Assembly: GCF_049684335.1 (NCBI RefSeq)
Contig: NZ_JBAVFV010000007.1
Coordinates: 2,968-66,967, forward strand
Direction: 5' to 3'
DNA from: Trichococcus sp.
GTDB lineage: Bacteria; Bacillota; Bacilli; Lactobacillales; Aerococcaceae
DNA: 64,000 nt
Shown: in pieces, positions 19,907 to 31,519 of the stretch
Layout: each line of letters begins with the position of its first letter
How positions within the stretch are numbered: the first letter of the stretch is position 1
The notes under the pieces: model-generated
The model's database searches: none
What the model was told of the DNA's origin: nothing
What the model saw: the letters and a program-made list of their open reading frames with translations, nothing else
Program-made: the position numbers and the translations under genes

Positions 19907-20034
19907 ATTGTGTGTTTCTGTGTAATTCGTTTCTTGGTTCAATCCGTCAAAGGTTTCTGATTGATTTTCTAAGTTCATGAGTATTTATGTGTCCGATTAA
20001 GAAAATCGCTCCTAGCTACCTTTTTTTGAACATT

Positions 20035-20910
20035 TTAGAAACCGAATCCGGGCCGCTTGTCATTAATCTCTGAAAAATCAAGTATCTTCAGATTCATTGA
20101 AAGTCGGGAAGAAATCCGTGAATCATATGCCGCCTTCAACTGGTCATAGCTTAAATTGGTGCTTATAATCGTGCTTTTCGTGCCTTCCCTGGCGTTTATT
20201 ATTTTGAACAAAGTTTTGTAAGTGTGTTCCGATGCCTGTTTTGTTGTTGATGTCGTGCCAACGTCAGTTCCTAAATCGTCCAACACTAGAACATCAGCAT
20301 TCTTCATCAGGTCTATGTAATAATCAGCCGTTTTCTTGTCCGTTGCCGTGTTACTGTATGATGCAATGATTAATTCCATCACACTGGTAAAGTCTATGAA
20401 TAGGCAAGTAAGCTGCTTTTTGTAGGATGCCGACATTTCATTGATGTTGAATAGCATCGAATGAGCAATATGGCTTTTCCCTGTTCCGGCCGGTCCTGTA
20501 AGAAGCACATTGGCTATTTGTCCGGAAGCAATGTCTATGGAAATGGCCTTTGCTTTGTCGCACGCTTCCAGTTCTTGCTTTGAATTAGCGCCAAACCCTT
20601 TGAAACCTTTATCCAGGAAGGACCGGCCGCCATAAATGGAATATTTTTTAAGATACTTCTTTTTCTCTTTGTCTTTCCATTGGTCACTGGCTTTTGTTTC
20701 ATCAATGGAAACTTTGGTATTCCTGGTTTCTAGCCTACATTTCGGGCAATAGACTTCATTTGTTTTTAGGTCCATCATCTTTTGAAAGGTGTTCTCATGG
20801 ATACCAGGGTTATCTTTAGCGGTGCAATATTCATCAACGAATAACTTCAGATGCTCAAGCATCACCTTTTCGCTTTCCTTTTTGTTCCCCATAATTTTAT
20901 GTGCATTCAT
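20035..20910 (-). CDS. DnaC/IstB-like AAA+ ATPase (helicase loader)
   Basis: Walker A LLTGPAGTGKSH and Walker B VLVLDDLGTD. The gene follows the DnaD-like gene. Confidence 0.8.
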   Translation of the reverse strand: MNAHKIMGNKKESEKVMLEHLKLFVDEYCTAKDNPGIHENTFQKMMDLKTNEVYCPKCRLETRNTKVSIDETKASDQWKDKEKKKYLKKYSIYGGRSFLDKGFKGFGANSKQELEACDKAKAISIDIASGQIANVLLTGPAGTGKSHIAHSMLFNINEMSASYKKQLTCLFIDFTSVMELIIASYSNTATDKKTADYYIDLMKNADVLVLDDLGTDVGTTSTTKQASEHTYKTLFKIINAREGTKSTIISTNLSYDQLKAAYDSRISSRLSMNLKILDFSEINDKRPGFGF

Positions 20911-20924
20911 TTTTCAATCCTCCT

Positions 20925-21713
20925 TTAGAAAAACATATCGCTATTTTCGATTGGCGTTTCAAGATATTTATCTGCGCTTGCCTTGGCATGTTCTACAATG
21001 CGTTGCGACTGCGTATCAACTGGCCTTTGGTATTTTGGCTTTTGGTTTATATAGCTTTCAAATTTTGTACCAAATAACGTATTGGGCCTTAAATACTGTT
21101 CCATCTTCGGGTTACCTTTCCATTCTGCAACCTTGTTATCAATGACCTGTTTAAAATCTGCTTCTGTGAATTTCTCTTTGATCCTGGAATCAATCAGCCT
21201 TTGAGTGGCCCTGCTAGATTCCTTGAAACTAGTTCCGGCTGCAGCGTTCAGGTGTGCAACGACTGAACTATATATATCTTTATTCTTTTCATTCTTAACA
21301 TTCTTAGCATTATTAACATTCTTGTCTGTGTCCATTTGCTGTCCATCCGCTGTCCGTTTACCGTCCATTTGTTGTTCACTTTCGGTATCTCCACCTTGAT
21401 ATTTTCCCCAATTATCAACGGTTACAACGGTCCATTTGTTGTTCGATTCTAAACTTAAAACGTTCATTTTTTCTAGCAATTTCATGTGTCGCCATACTGT
21501 GCTTTCTGGTATGTTCAGTTCTGCAGCTGCCTTTTTCCTACCAAAGACAAATTGCCCTTTTTTCAATTCAATAGTTTGCAATCCGATAACCGCATTTCTA
21601 TCCTGGTGACTGGATTTAAGCAAACAATATACAAAGACTTTTAGAAGCCTTTCATTTTCAAATATTGGGCTGTCCATCAGTTTTCTATAAAGCTTTATCC
21701 AGCCTTCAGCCAT
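20925..21713 (-). CDS. Phage replisome organiser (N-terminal winged helix plus DnaD-like C-terminal domain)
   Basis: MAEGWIKLYRKLMDSPIFENE N-terminus. The C-terminus ...LNAAAGTSFKESSRATQRLIDSRI...WKGNPKMEQYLRPNTLFGTKFESYINQ is typical of the DnaD / phage conserved C-terminal domain. Confidence 0.8.
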   Translation of the reverse strand: MAEGWIKLYRKLMDSPIFENERLLKVFVYCLLKSSHQDRNAVIGLQTIELKKGQFVFGRKKAAAELNIPESTVWRHMKLLEKMNVLSLESNNKWTVVTVDNWGKYQGGDTESEQQMDGKRTADGQQMDTDKNVNNAKNVKNEKNKDIYSSVVAHLNAAAGTSFKESSRATQRLIDSRIKEKFTEADFKQVIDNKVAEWKGNPKMEQYLRPNTLFGTKFESYINQKPKYQRPVDTQSQRIVEHAKASADKYLETPIENSDMFF

Positions 21714-21747
21714 TTTTCCACCCACTCACATTTATTTATTTAGTCCT

Positions 21748-22083
21748 TCAGATTCCTAATTCTTTTAACAATTCCATTCCGTGAATCAAATCTGCATCCA
21801 ATTCATCAATTAACTTGGTAATAAGATCCAGAAGAATTTCCTGACCTTTCATCACGCGTTGCACTTCGAATTTCAAACCGCACGGTAATTCTTCCTGTGC
21901 TGCTTCAGAAACATCAGAATTGCCATAATGAAGCTGATTTAAAAGTTCTTTTATATAAATCAAGTTTGGCGTTTCAAAGATATCTTGTAGCTTGTCCATT
22001 TTTTCATTCATAAATTTGCTCCTATCCATTTCAATTTTTTTATTGTAGAATGAAACATAAATAGGCTTCCTAAAGCCTTTCAT
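21748..22083 (-). CDS. Hypothetical phage protein
   Basis: 111-aa ORF. The start is uncertain. Confidence 0.4.
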   Translation of the reverse strand: MKGFRKPIYVSFYNKKIEMDRSKFMNEKMDKLQDIFETPNLIYIKELLNQLHYGNSDVSEAAQEELPCGLKFEVQRVMKGQEILLDLITKLIDELDADLIHGMELLKELGI

Positions 22084-22119
22084 ATCCGATTGCCCTCTCT
22101 TGCTTGCCGGCCTGGAGGG

Positions 22120-22314
22120 CTATTTTTTTGCATATTTTTCTTTTCTAATTCCTAGCTGAACTTCATCAATGACTAGCAAAACGCATTTGATTTTTTTATT
22201 CCAATCCATCCCCTTGATTTCATAGCCGTTAACTTGAAGAAAGTTGTCTATTGCCGATCTGTTGAAATTATGCAAAACAATCTCACACCTGGTTAGTTCG
22301 TTTTCGCTTTCCAT
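22120..22314 (-). CDS. Hypothetical phage protein
   Basis: 64-aa ORF in the early-gene string. Confidence 0.4.
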   Translation of the reverse strand: MESENELTRCEIVLHNFNRSAIDNFLQVNGYEIKGMDWNKKIKCVLLVIDEVQLGIRKEKYAKK

Positions 22315-22328
22315 CGTTTCGCCCCCTT

Positions 22329-22427
22329 TTATTCTTCAGTGAAGCATTTCCATACCGTTCGCAGCGTTACATAGGTTAGGAACCCAACGAGTAACCCGGC
22401 CATATATGATTGTGTGATAGCATCCAT
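22329..22427 (-). CDS. Hypothetical 32-aa hydrophobic peptide (below the ORF-track cutoff)
   Basis: MDAITQSYMAGLLVGFLTYVTLRTVWKCFTEE* behind a strong AAGGGAGGTG RBS. Confidence 0.4.
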   Translation of the reverse strand: MDAITQSYMAGLLVGFLTYVTLRTVWKCFTEE

Positions 22428-22506
22428 TTTTTACACCTCCCTTCATTGATAAGATTTCAATTCTCTCAATCCGCCCCCGGATTTCTCTATTTTTATTTTT
22501 TACCGC

Positions 22507-22788
22507 TCATCGTTCTAAAGTTTTCATGAAGTCATCAATTGATTTTCTTGATATAAGTGTTCTGCCCTGCACCTGGATAAGCGGTAACCCGGTATGTATC
22601 AAGCGTTCTAATATCGCTCTTGATACTCCTAGATATTGGGCCGCTTCACCTTTTGAATAGTATGCCTTACGTTCTAGCGGATCATTGAAAGCCGATTGTA
22701 TTGCAGCCCTTACCGATTCTTTTACATGCTGCTCTATAGTTTCGTTTAGGCCTTCCAGTTCAATAGAAAATGTTGGCTTAGTATTCAT
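22507..22788 (-). CDS. Excisionase/MerR-type HTH DNA-binding protein
   Basis: YYSKGEAAQYLGVSRAILERLIHTGLPLIQVQGRTLISRKSIDDFM is an Xis-type HTH_17-like segment. ATG start behind AGGGAAGGTG. Confidence 0.6.
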   Translation of the reverse strand: MNTKPTFSIELEGLNETIEQHVKESVRAAIQSAFNDPLERKAYYSKGEAAQYLGVSRAILERLIHTGLPLIQVQGRTLISRKSIDDFMKTLER

Positions 22789-23047
22789 GAATTTCACCTT
22801 CCCTATTTTTATAAGCCGTGCCGATCATCATGCCTTTGTTGTCGAACAAATCCACTTCTGTTTCTCTGCTGTGATAGCCTGTTTTTGAAATATATACGAC
22901 ACCTTTTCTTCTTGCTTTGGTGTAATACTCAACTGTCAAAGGGCTGATATGATAGCCTAGTTCTTTAAGGTGATCGAGTGACTTCACTTTGTATCCAACG
23001 AAAACCCGTTTTCCGGATTCAGTTATCAAAAAATATTTTTTCAGCAT
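22778..23047 (-). CDS. Hypothetical phage early protein
   Basis: 89 aa from the ATG behind GAGGTGG. Confidence 0.45.
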   Translation of the reverse strand: MLKKYFLITESGKRVFVGYKVKSLDHLKELGYHISPLTVEYYTKARRKGVVYISKTGYHSRETEVDLFDNKGMMIGTAYKNREGEIHEY

Positions 23048-23072
23048 GTTTTCCACCTCAAATCTTGAATTA

Positions 23073-23306
23073 TTATTTACATTCCTTTACTTTTTGTTCA
23101 AAAAAAATTTCATCAATCGTAATGTCTGGAAAATATGGTAACAATACATCTTTCATAGCTTGTTTTTCCCGATCATTAAAGGGTAATTTCCCACGCTCTT
23201 TCGGGCTATATTGCTGCTTGCTGATACCTAACTTCGCTCCCATTTGTTCTTGTGTTAACCCTAGCATTGCACGATAGCCGGCAATTTTATTTATTTTAAC
23301 GTCCAT
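23073..23306 (-). CDS. Cro-like XRE-family HTH regulator
   Basis: IAGYRAMLGLTQEQMGAKLGISKQQYSPKERGK HTH_3 motif. Divergent from the repressor gene. AAGGAGG RBS. Confidence 0.8.
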   Translation of the reverse strand: MDVKINKIAGYRAMLGLTQEQMGAKLGISKQQYSPKERGKLPFNDREKQAMKDVLLPYFPDITIDEIFFEQKVKECK

Positions 23307-23426
23307 CCCTCTCAACCTCCTTTACCTTTCTTTACTCTATAATAACCTGAACATCTTACCATGTCAACAAATACATTTACTTTTATTTACTTTTTAACTA
23401 TAATGGAGTGGTAGGGAGGCAAACAA

Positions 23427-24344
23427 ATGAATATTGATAAAATAAATGTAGGTCTTAGAATTAAATCTATTAGACAAGCCAAAGGGTTCAACATGGAGGA
23501 ATTCGGTAAACTAGTAAACAATACCAGTAAAGGTGCTGTAAATAATTGGGAAAAAGGTGTTAATTTACCTAATACTGAAAGACTATCAATTATTGCTAGA
23601 TTAGGTGAAATATCCGTCAATGAATTGTTGTATGGTTCATTAAATGATTTTGCGTATAGAACTTTAGAATTATTAAAAACAAAACACTCATATAGTGATT
23701 CATTAATTCTAACTATAATGGATCGAATTGATGAATTGATTTTAAAAAGTTTGGGTTTTTCTAAGCCTTATACTAAAGAAATGTTTTATAGTTTTTTCAT
23801 TGATTATTATTCAAAGCTTTTACACAAAACAATGGATCAATTAACGCATGATGATATTAGAAAACCTGATTTTGAAGATAGTCTTGTATCTTTTGTTAAC
23901 AATTACGGTATATCCTTCATGGATATAAAAGAAAAAATTTCTAAAGCAATAGACGGTATACAAGCCGTTGAAATAAATCAATTTAAAAATGACAATTATA
24001 AGCTGCTGTATAATCCATCTTTTAAAAATGAATTATTGGAATATCTTATAAGTGAATATTCATTTGATAACCTATCTGAAGCCGGATTTACTCCATACAT
24101 AAAAGAAATATTAGATGAATATCTGAATAAGCAAGTATTCAATAACAAATATTTACCTTATTCAGTAACAAATGCATCAAATCTATCTGCTGATCTTCTT
24201 AGTGATTTTGTAGTTCCTAAAATAAATGAATATTTCAAAGATTCTAATTTAGATAAGAATTTCCATTCAGATATTTTAGAAACAATATCTGAAGCAAAGA
24301 AAAAAATATATGCAATAAACGCAACCTATTTAGAAAAAGAATAA
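23427..24344 (+). CDS. XRE-family repressor with a long uncharacterised C-terminal domain and no S24 peptidase domain
   Basis: The N-terminal HTH is LRIKSIRQAKGFNMEEFGKLVNNTSKGAVNNWEKGVNLPNTERLSIIARL. About 230 further residues show no Ser/Lys LexA-type autocleavage motif. The gene sits between int and cro. Confidence 0.75.
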   Translation: MNIDKINVGLRIKSIRQAKGFNMEEFGKLVNNTSKGAVNNWEKGVNLPNTERLSIIARLGEISVNELLYGSLNDFAYRTLELLKTKHSYSDSLILTIMDRIDELILKSLGFSKPYTKEMFYSFFIDYYSKLLHKTMDQLTHDDIRKPDFEDSLVSFVNNYGISFMDIKEKISKAIDGIQAVEINQFKNDNYKLLYNPSFKNELLEYLISEYSFDNLSEAGFTPYIKEILDEYLNKQVFNNKYLPYSVTNASNLSADLLSDFVVPKINEYFKDSNLDKNFHSDILETISEAKKKIYAINATYLEKE

Positions 24345-24404
24345 TATTATGCCGGATTCCCGGCACCTCTCGAACCAATGCCCCCGGTGAAAGAGGGAAA
24401 AATC

Positions 24405-25556
24405 ATGGCACAAATAAAAAAATATACAAAAAAAGACGGTTCAACCGCCTATAAGTTTCAAACATACTTAGGAACTGATCCGGAAACCGGAAAACAAAAA
24501 TTCACCACCCGGAGAGGGTTCGCAACTTTAAAAGATGCCAAGTTAGCAGCTTCACGCTTGAAAGTAGAAATAGAAGAAAATGGCTTCCAGGATAACAAGC
24601 GCCATACCTTCAATGAATTATATGAATTGTGGTTCGATTCTGCGTATAAGGCCACGGTAAAAGAAAGCACCTATGCCAGGACAAAAGAACTATTCACGAA
24701 TCACATTCTGCCAAAGTTCGGTAAAAGGGATATTGAAAAAATCAGCGTTACTTATTGCCAGACTACCGTTAACGACTGGTGTAAAACGATGGCAAAATAT
24801 CGCATATTGAAGAACTATACAACCCGGGTCCTGGATTATGCAAGTTCACTCGGACTATTGAAAGATAACCCAATGAAAAAAATCTCAATGCCAAAGCGCA
24901 AAGAGAAAGTTGACCAGGAAGAAGCCGAAAATTTTTATAGTAAAGAAGAATTGCAGCATTTCCTTGCATGCGTAAAGGCTGACGGTTTCCCTCGTTGGTA
25001 TGCCCTGTTTCGGCTCCTGGCTTTTACCGGATTCCGCAAAGGTGAAGCCCTGGCGCTGCAGTGGAAGGATATAGATTTCACCAATGGGAAAATAACTGTT
25101 AATAAAACTTTAGCCAGGGGTGAAAATAACCGCCTGATTATTCAATCACCGAAAACAAAATCCAGTTTGCGGACTATTTCTGTTGATGCCCTTACTATGC
25201 AAGTTCTGAAAGAATGGAAAACGCAGCAAGCGAAAGACTATTTGAAATTAGGCTTCAACACTATGAGCGCTGCACAACCATTATTCACCACTATCAATAA
25301 TGAATATATGCAGCATGCAACGGTAACGAATCGGATAAATAAAATCATTAAGAAGCATGATCTAAAGGTTATCACCGTCCACGGCTTGCGGCACACTCAT
25401 TGTAGTTTGCTATTTGAAGCCGGGGCACCGATCCAGGAAGTGAAAGAACGGCTCGGACATTCTGACATTCAAACAACGATGAATATTTATACCCACGTCA
25501 CCGAAAAAGTGAGAGAACAAACGGCCGAAAGGTTTGCTAAATTTGTGAATTTTTAG
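24405..25556 (+). CDS. int: Tyrosine site-specific integrase
   Basis: MAQIKKYTKKDGSTAYKF N-terminus (SAM-like domain). C-terminal catalytic motifs are ...RKGEALAL..., HGLRHTHCSLL and LGHSDIQTTMNIYTHV. ATG behind AGAGGGAAAAA. Confidence 0.92.
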   Translation: MAQIKKYTKKDGSTAYKFQTYLGTDPETGKQKFTTRRGFATLKDAKLAASRLKVEIEENGFQDNKRHTFNELYELWFDSAYKATVKESTYARTKELFTNHILPKFGKRDIEKISVTYCQTTVNDWCKTMAKYRILKNYTTRVLDYASSLGLLKDNPMKKISMPKRKEKVDQEEAENFYSKEELQHFLACVKADGFPRWYALFRLLAFTGFRKGEALALQWKDIDFTNGKITVNKTLARGENNRLIIQSPKTKSSLRTISVDALTMQVLKEWKTQQAKDYLKLGFNTMSAAQPLFTTINNEYMQHATVTNRINKIIKKHDLKVITVHGLRHTHCSLLFEAGAPIQEVKERLGHSDIQTTMNIYTHVTEKVREQTAERFAKFVNF

Positions 25557-25585
25557 AATTACATATTCAATTACATATTCAGTGC

Positions 25586-25620
25586 AAAAAAAATAAGCCT
25601 TGAAACATTGCAGAAAAGGC
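25586..25620 (-). terminator. Candidate terminator supplied by the element for the interrupted tRNA-Lys transcript
   Basis: The minus strand reads GCCTT-N14-AAGGC followed by TTATTTTTTTT, about 40 nt past the tRNA 3' end. Confidence 0.4.
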
Positions 25621-25661
25621 GCTCTACCAACGTTTCTAAGACTTATTAAAATGATAATGTA

Positions 25662-25734
<73 letters not shown>

Positions 25735-25868
25735 CTATCACGTGCTAATCACGTAACAAATGTTATTTTACTCTTCTTTTCAATAAAATGCAATAACTTC
25801 ACGAAAAAAAGAGTCCACTTCCGGATAGTATCTCCGGATGCGGACTCTTTTTTGTATTCATTAAGGTC

Positions 25869-27167
<1,299 letters not shown>

Positions 27168-27283
27168 TTACTCCACCTCATCTTATTTATTCATAACACT
27201 ATGCTAGTTTACCAATATTACCTATGTCTTTCAATAAAGAATCAAATAAAAGCGCTCACTTCTGAACAATTTGTCCAATATCA

Positions 27284-28651
27284 TCAACTAATTTCCGGCA
27301 TATAGCTCATCGAAGAAAATTTATTGAATTCCTTTTTGAACAGGAGCTTTACGGTTCCCCGCGCTCCGCTCCGGTTTTTTTCAATGATGACCTCTACGAC
27401 ATTGTTCTCCTGCTCATCCCGTTCCGACTCATCGCCGCCTTCACGTTCGTAATAATCGTCGCGGTACAGGAACGCAACGATATCGGCATCCTGCTCGATC
27501 GATCCCGATTCACGGATATCACTCAATACGGGACGTTTGTCTTGCCTCTGTTCCACGCCACGAGACAATTGTGAAAGGGCAATTACCGGTACTTTCAGCT
27601 CTTTCGCCAATTTCTTCAATTGACGCGAAATGTCAGAAACTTCCTGTTGGCGGCTTTCGCGGTTATTTCCTTCAATCAGCTGCAAATAGTCGATCACGAT
27701 GAGACCCAGTTTTCCCTGTTCCTGTAGCAAACGACGGCTTTTTGCCCGGATTTCCGCAATCCGGATACCCGGCGTATCATCTATGAAGATTTTTGACTGG
27801 CCCAAAGTCCCCATCGCCATGATCAAGTTGGACCACTCATCTTCAGAAAGCTGCCCTGTCCGCAAGTGACCGGCATCAATGTTCCCTTCCGCACACAGCA
27901 TCCGGTTGACCAATGACTCCGCCCCCATCTCCAAGCTGAAGATGGCGACTACCTGATCCGCTTTGGTTGCGACATTCTGCGCGATATTCAGCGCAAAAGC
28001 GGTCTTACCTACGGCCGGACGCGCTGCCAGGATGATCAGCTCTTCTTTCTGGAGGCCTGCCGTCATTTTGTCCAAGGCGATGTAGCCTGTTGGCACCCCA
28101 GTCACATCATCGCTTCGTTGAGCCAACGATTCGATATTCTGCAACGATGCCGAAACGACATCCGAGATGCGGATGAAGCCGGATCGGTTTCTCCGTTCGG
28201 ATACCTGAAGGATGTTCTGTTCGGCGCTGTCTAGCATGACGGCGAGCTCATCACCCTCTTCATAGCCTTTGCGGACGATTTCTGTAGCTGACCGGATCAG
28301 GTTGCGCAAGATCGATTTTTCTTCCACTATCTTGGCGTAATATTCCACGTTGGCTGAAGTCGGTACCGCAATTGCCAATTCGGCCAAGTACTCCATGCCG
28401 CCAGCATTTTCAAGCTGATTCTTCGTATCCAACTCATTCGAGATGGTGACGACGTCAATCGCTTCATTCCGATTGTTCAATTGCAAAATCGCATCAAAAA
28501 TAATCTGATGATTTTTTCTGTAAAAATCAGATGATTCAAGGTATTCTAAAACATTCACAACCGTTTCGGGATCCAAAAAAATGGAGCCTAGAACGGATTG
28601 CTCTGCTTCTATACTATGAGGGGGTATGCGATCTTGAAGTGTTTCTTCCAT
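27284..28651 (-). CDS. dnaB: Replicative DNA helicase (DnaB family; DnaC in Bacillus nomenclature)
   Basis: IPPHSIEAEQSVLGS N-terminus, Walker A ARPAVGKTAF, and IVIDYLQLI. Confidence 0.95.
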   Translation of the reverse strand: MEETLQDRIPPHSIEAEQSVLGSIFLDPETVVNVLEYLESSDFYRKNHQIIFDAILQLNNRNEAIDVVTISNELDTKNQLENAGGMEYLAELAIAVPTSANVEYYAKIVEEKSILRNLIRSATEIVRKGYEEGDELAVMLDSAEQNILQVSERRNRSGFIRISDVVSASLQNIESLAQRSDDVTGVPTGYIALDKMTAGLQKEELIILAARPAVGKTAFALNIAQNVATKADQVVAIFSLEMGAESLVNRMLCAEGNIDAGHLRTGQLSEDEWSNLIMAMGTLGQSKIFIDDTPGIRIAEIRAKSRRLLQEQGKLGLIVIDYLQLIEGNNRESRQQEVSDISRQLKKLAKELKVPVIALSQLSRGVEQRQDKRPVLSDIRESGSIEQDADIVAFLYRDDYYEREGGDESERDEQENNVVEVIIEKNRSGARGTVKLLFKKEFNKFSSMSYMPEIS

Positions 28652-28932
28652 TTTATATTTTCACCCTTTAGGTTTTTTCATTCGGATGAGGAAATCATTA
28701 CTGGCTTCTTCATCTTTTGCTTCCTTATTGTATCCTAAATCAGCCACATTTACAATTCAGAATACAGAACGTTTGTTCCCTTTTTTTCGAAAATTCTGCT
28801 GGGACTGTCCGCCTTAATAAGGCTGTCAGATTTATTTTCTTCTATATTATAGGGGTGCCTCAGTGATCCTCATAAACAAACGAAAAGACAGAGATTGATA
28901 TCTCTGCCTTTCATTTTATATTTGGAAAATCA

Positions 28933-29382
28933 TTATCCTTCCGTCACTTGCACTGTCAACATTGCTGTCACTTCCGGATGAATTTTAACGGACATTTTTG
29001 TGAAACCCAACGCGCGGATAGGATTTTCTAATTCAATTTTTCGTTTATCTAATTTAACATTATGTTGCTTTTGCAATGCTTCAGCAACCTGTTTCGTTGT
29101 AATGGAACCGAACAAACGACCATCTTCGCCAATTTTTGCCGACAATTTGATGATTGATTCCTCTTTCTCCAGCAGTGCCTTCAATTCTTGCGCAACTGCC
29201 AACTCTTCAGCCTGCTTCTTCTCTTCCGCTTTCTTTTGGCCTTTCAATGCGGAAATAGTGGCGGCATTCGCTTCATCAGCCTTACGGTTTTTGATCAGGA
29301 AAGTAGCATAGCCATCTGCTATGTCTTTGACTTCCCCTTTTTTTCCTTTACCTTTAACATCCTCTAAAAAAACAACTTTCAT
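28933..29382 (-). CDS. rplI: 50S ribosomal protein L9
   Basis: [29 protein letters not shown]. Confidence 0.95.
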   Translation of the reverse strand: MKVVFLEDVKGKGKKGEVKDIADGYATFLIKNRKADEANAATISALKGQKKAEEKKQAEELAVAQELKALLEKEESIIKLSAKIGEDGRLFGSITTKQVAEALQKQHNVKLDKRKIELENPIRALGFTKMSVKIHPEVTAMLTVQVTEG

Positions 29383-29385
29383 TTA

Positions 29386-31404
29386 TTATTCCCCTTCCTT
29401 GATTTTTTCTGGATTTATAACTGCCTTCAGTTTCTCAACGACTTCATGGACTGTCGTATTCTCAATCTGAGTAGCTGCATTGGATAAATGTCCGCCGCCG
29501 CCTAATTTTTCCATGACTGTCTGCACATTGTATTGACCCAGACTTCTGGCGCTGATGCCCACTCTACCGTCCTGGCGTTTTGTGACGACAAATGAAGCAT
29601 CTACCGCTTCCATCGACAACATCGTGTCGGCTGTTTGAGCAGCGACGACCGTGTCGTATATTTTTTCATCTTCTCCATGAACAATCGCCAGGTTACCATC
29701 CACAAATTCCATAGTCTGCAATAAATGACTACGCAACAGATAAGTATCCAAGTCCTCTTTCAGTGATTTCTGGATAAGTACGGTGTCCGCTCCATTGGAC
29801 TGCAGATAACTGGCAGCATCAAACGTCCTTGATCCGGTTCTCAAACTGAAGTTTCGGGTATCGACGATAATCCCCGCCAACATAGCCGTTGCTTCTATTT
29901 TATTGATGGCATCCATCTCATTGGATTGATATTCGAACAATTCAGCAATCAATTCTGACGTGGAGGATGCATAAGGTTCCATATAGACCAAAACAGAATC
30001 TTTCGGAAACTCTTGTCCGCGTCTATGATGATCCAAGACGACTATTTTTTTAGACAGATTCAACAGCCCAGGTGCTGGCGTCATGGATGGGCGATGGACA
30101 TCGACCATCACGATGAGCGTCTGTGACGTCACCAATGCCATTGCTTGCTCAGGCGAAATAATCCGCTTCGCAATCAAAGGATCTTTGTCTATCTCTTGCA
30201 TAATACGATTCACATCATTGGAAAATTGTTGTGGATCCAATACTATCCAGGCTTCCCGATTGTTCATCTGAGAAATACGGCGGATTCCTAAGCAGGAACC
30301 GATGACGTCCATATCCGGATAACTATGCCCCATGATGATCACCTTATCGGCATGGACAATAAGCTCTTCCAAAGCCTGGCTGATCATTCTCGCACGGATA
30401 CGGGTCCGTTTTTCCATTGGGTTAGTTTTGCCGCCATAGAAACGGGCATCTTCATTTTCGGCTCTCACAACAACCTGATCGCCACCTCTTGCCAAGGCTA
30501 AATCAATATTCGACTGCGCCATTTTGGCGACTTCTTTAAAATTAGTTTGCTCAAAAGTTTTTTCATATGAGAAGCCCATGCTCAATGTCAACGGAAAATT
30601 TTGCTTGTAGGTTCTTTCTCTTATTTGATTTATAATATCAAAATTATTTTCTTCGATTTTCTTTAAAGCTCGCATATTGGTCAATGCTATAAAGCGGTCA
30701 TCATCCACTCGTTTCAAAAAGACATTATTCATGTTTGCCCAATTTGTGAGTTGATTCGTCAGATAGTTGTTTACATTCGATCGCTTACGATCGTTCATGG
30801 ATTGAACAGCCTCATCATAATTGTCGACAATGATATTCCCAAAAACAAATTTTTCGTCTTTGTACTTTTCTTCAATTTTGGCATATTCTGTTATATCCAT
30901 CAAATAAATGACGCCAATATCCTCTTGAATGATCATATCAAAATAATGATCTCCCCATTTCACACGGCGTATCACATAGTCCTGCGATTCTTTAAAAAGC
31001 TGATATAATTCTTCATCAACCACATTCAGCTTTCTTCCAAGTATATCTTTCTTGCCAAAATACTTTATTAAATATGGGTTCATCCATTGGATTTCTTCTT
31101 GCTTATTATATAGAAGTATCCCAATAGGCATTTTAATCAAAGCCTCTTGTTCACCTTTTTTGATTCGATAAGATAAGTCAGATATGTATTGATTTGTCTC
31201 ATCAATCAAATACTCCGAAGAATAACTGATGAATCCAACAATCCCAACGCATAAGAGCATAATTCCAATTCCGATTTTCCAATCTGCAATGAAAGTCAAC
31301 ACAACGATCACCAGCAATAAGAATACGATAATCAGGAAAGGAACCTTAATCTTGTCAGCCTTTATGAAGTGAGGAAGATTCTTTAACTTTTCCTTTATTT
31401 TCAT
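29386..31404 (-). CDS. gdpP: Cyclic-di-AMP phosphodiesterase GdpP (two TM helices, PAS-like, degenerate GGDEF, DHH/DHHA1)
   Basis: DHH motif (IMGHSYPDMDVIGS, DHHRR) and DHHA1 (GGGGH). Start was moved to the ATG at 31404 (MKIKEKLKNL) behind AAAGGAG. Confidence 0.9.
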   Translation of the reverse strand: MKIKEKLKNLPHFIKADKIKVPFLIIVFLLLVIVVLTFIADWKIGIGIMLLCVGIVGFISYSSEYLIDETNQYISDLSYRIKKGEQEALIKMPIGILLYNKQEEIQWMNPYLIKYFGKKDILGRKLNVVDEELYQLFKESQDYVIRRVKWGDHYFDMIIQEDIGVIYLMDITEYAKIEEKYKDEKFVFGNIIVDNYDEAVQSMNDRKRSNVNNYLTNQLTNWANMNNVFLKRVDDDRFIALTNMRALKKIEENNFDIINQIRERTYKQNFPLTLSMGFSYEKTFEQTNFKEVAKMAQSNIDLALARGGDQVVVRAENEDARFYGGKTNPMEKRTRIRARMISQALEELIVHADKVIIMGHSYPDMDVIGSCLGIRRISQMNNREAWIVLDPQQFSNDVNRIMQEIDKDPLIAKRIISPEQAMALVTSQTLIVMVDVHRPSMTPAPGLLNLSKKIVVLDHHRRGQEFPKDSVLVYMEPYASSTSELIAELFEYQSNEMDAINKIEATAMLAGIIVDTRNFSLRTGSRTFDAASYLQSNGADTVLIQKSLKEDLDTYLLRSHLLQTMEFVDGNLAIVHGEDEKIYDTVVAAQTADTMLSMEAVDASFVVTKRQDGRVGISARSLGQYNVQTVMEKLGGGGHLSNAATQIENTTVHEVVEKLKAVINPEKIKEGE

Positions 31405-31519
31405 GATAGCTCCTTTACTGAACCTACATTTTGCACTTGTACATTTTAACATATCCAGATAATAATAGCTATAATGCCCTTTCTGACGGGATTAGTTGAC
31501 ATCTCAACGAAAAATTTAA

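Noticed and set aside
19930-20030. Two ~41-42-codon ORFs in the gap downstream of the DnaC-like gene
   Set aside because: Neither has a Shine-Dalgarno sequence, and the region more plausibly acts as an origin or regulatory spacer.
25621-25631. GCTCTACCAAC 11-mer inside the element, identical to part of the tRNA-Lys D-arm region
   Set aside because: The match does not extend, and the flanks cannot form a cloverleaf. GTTGGTAGAGC is a common D-arm sequence. It is not a second tRNA or an att site.
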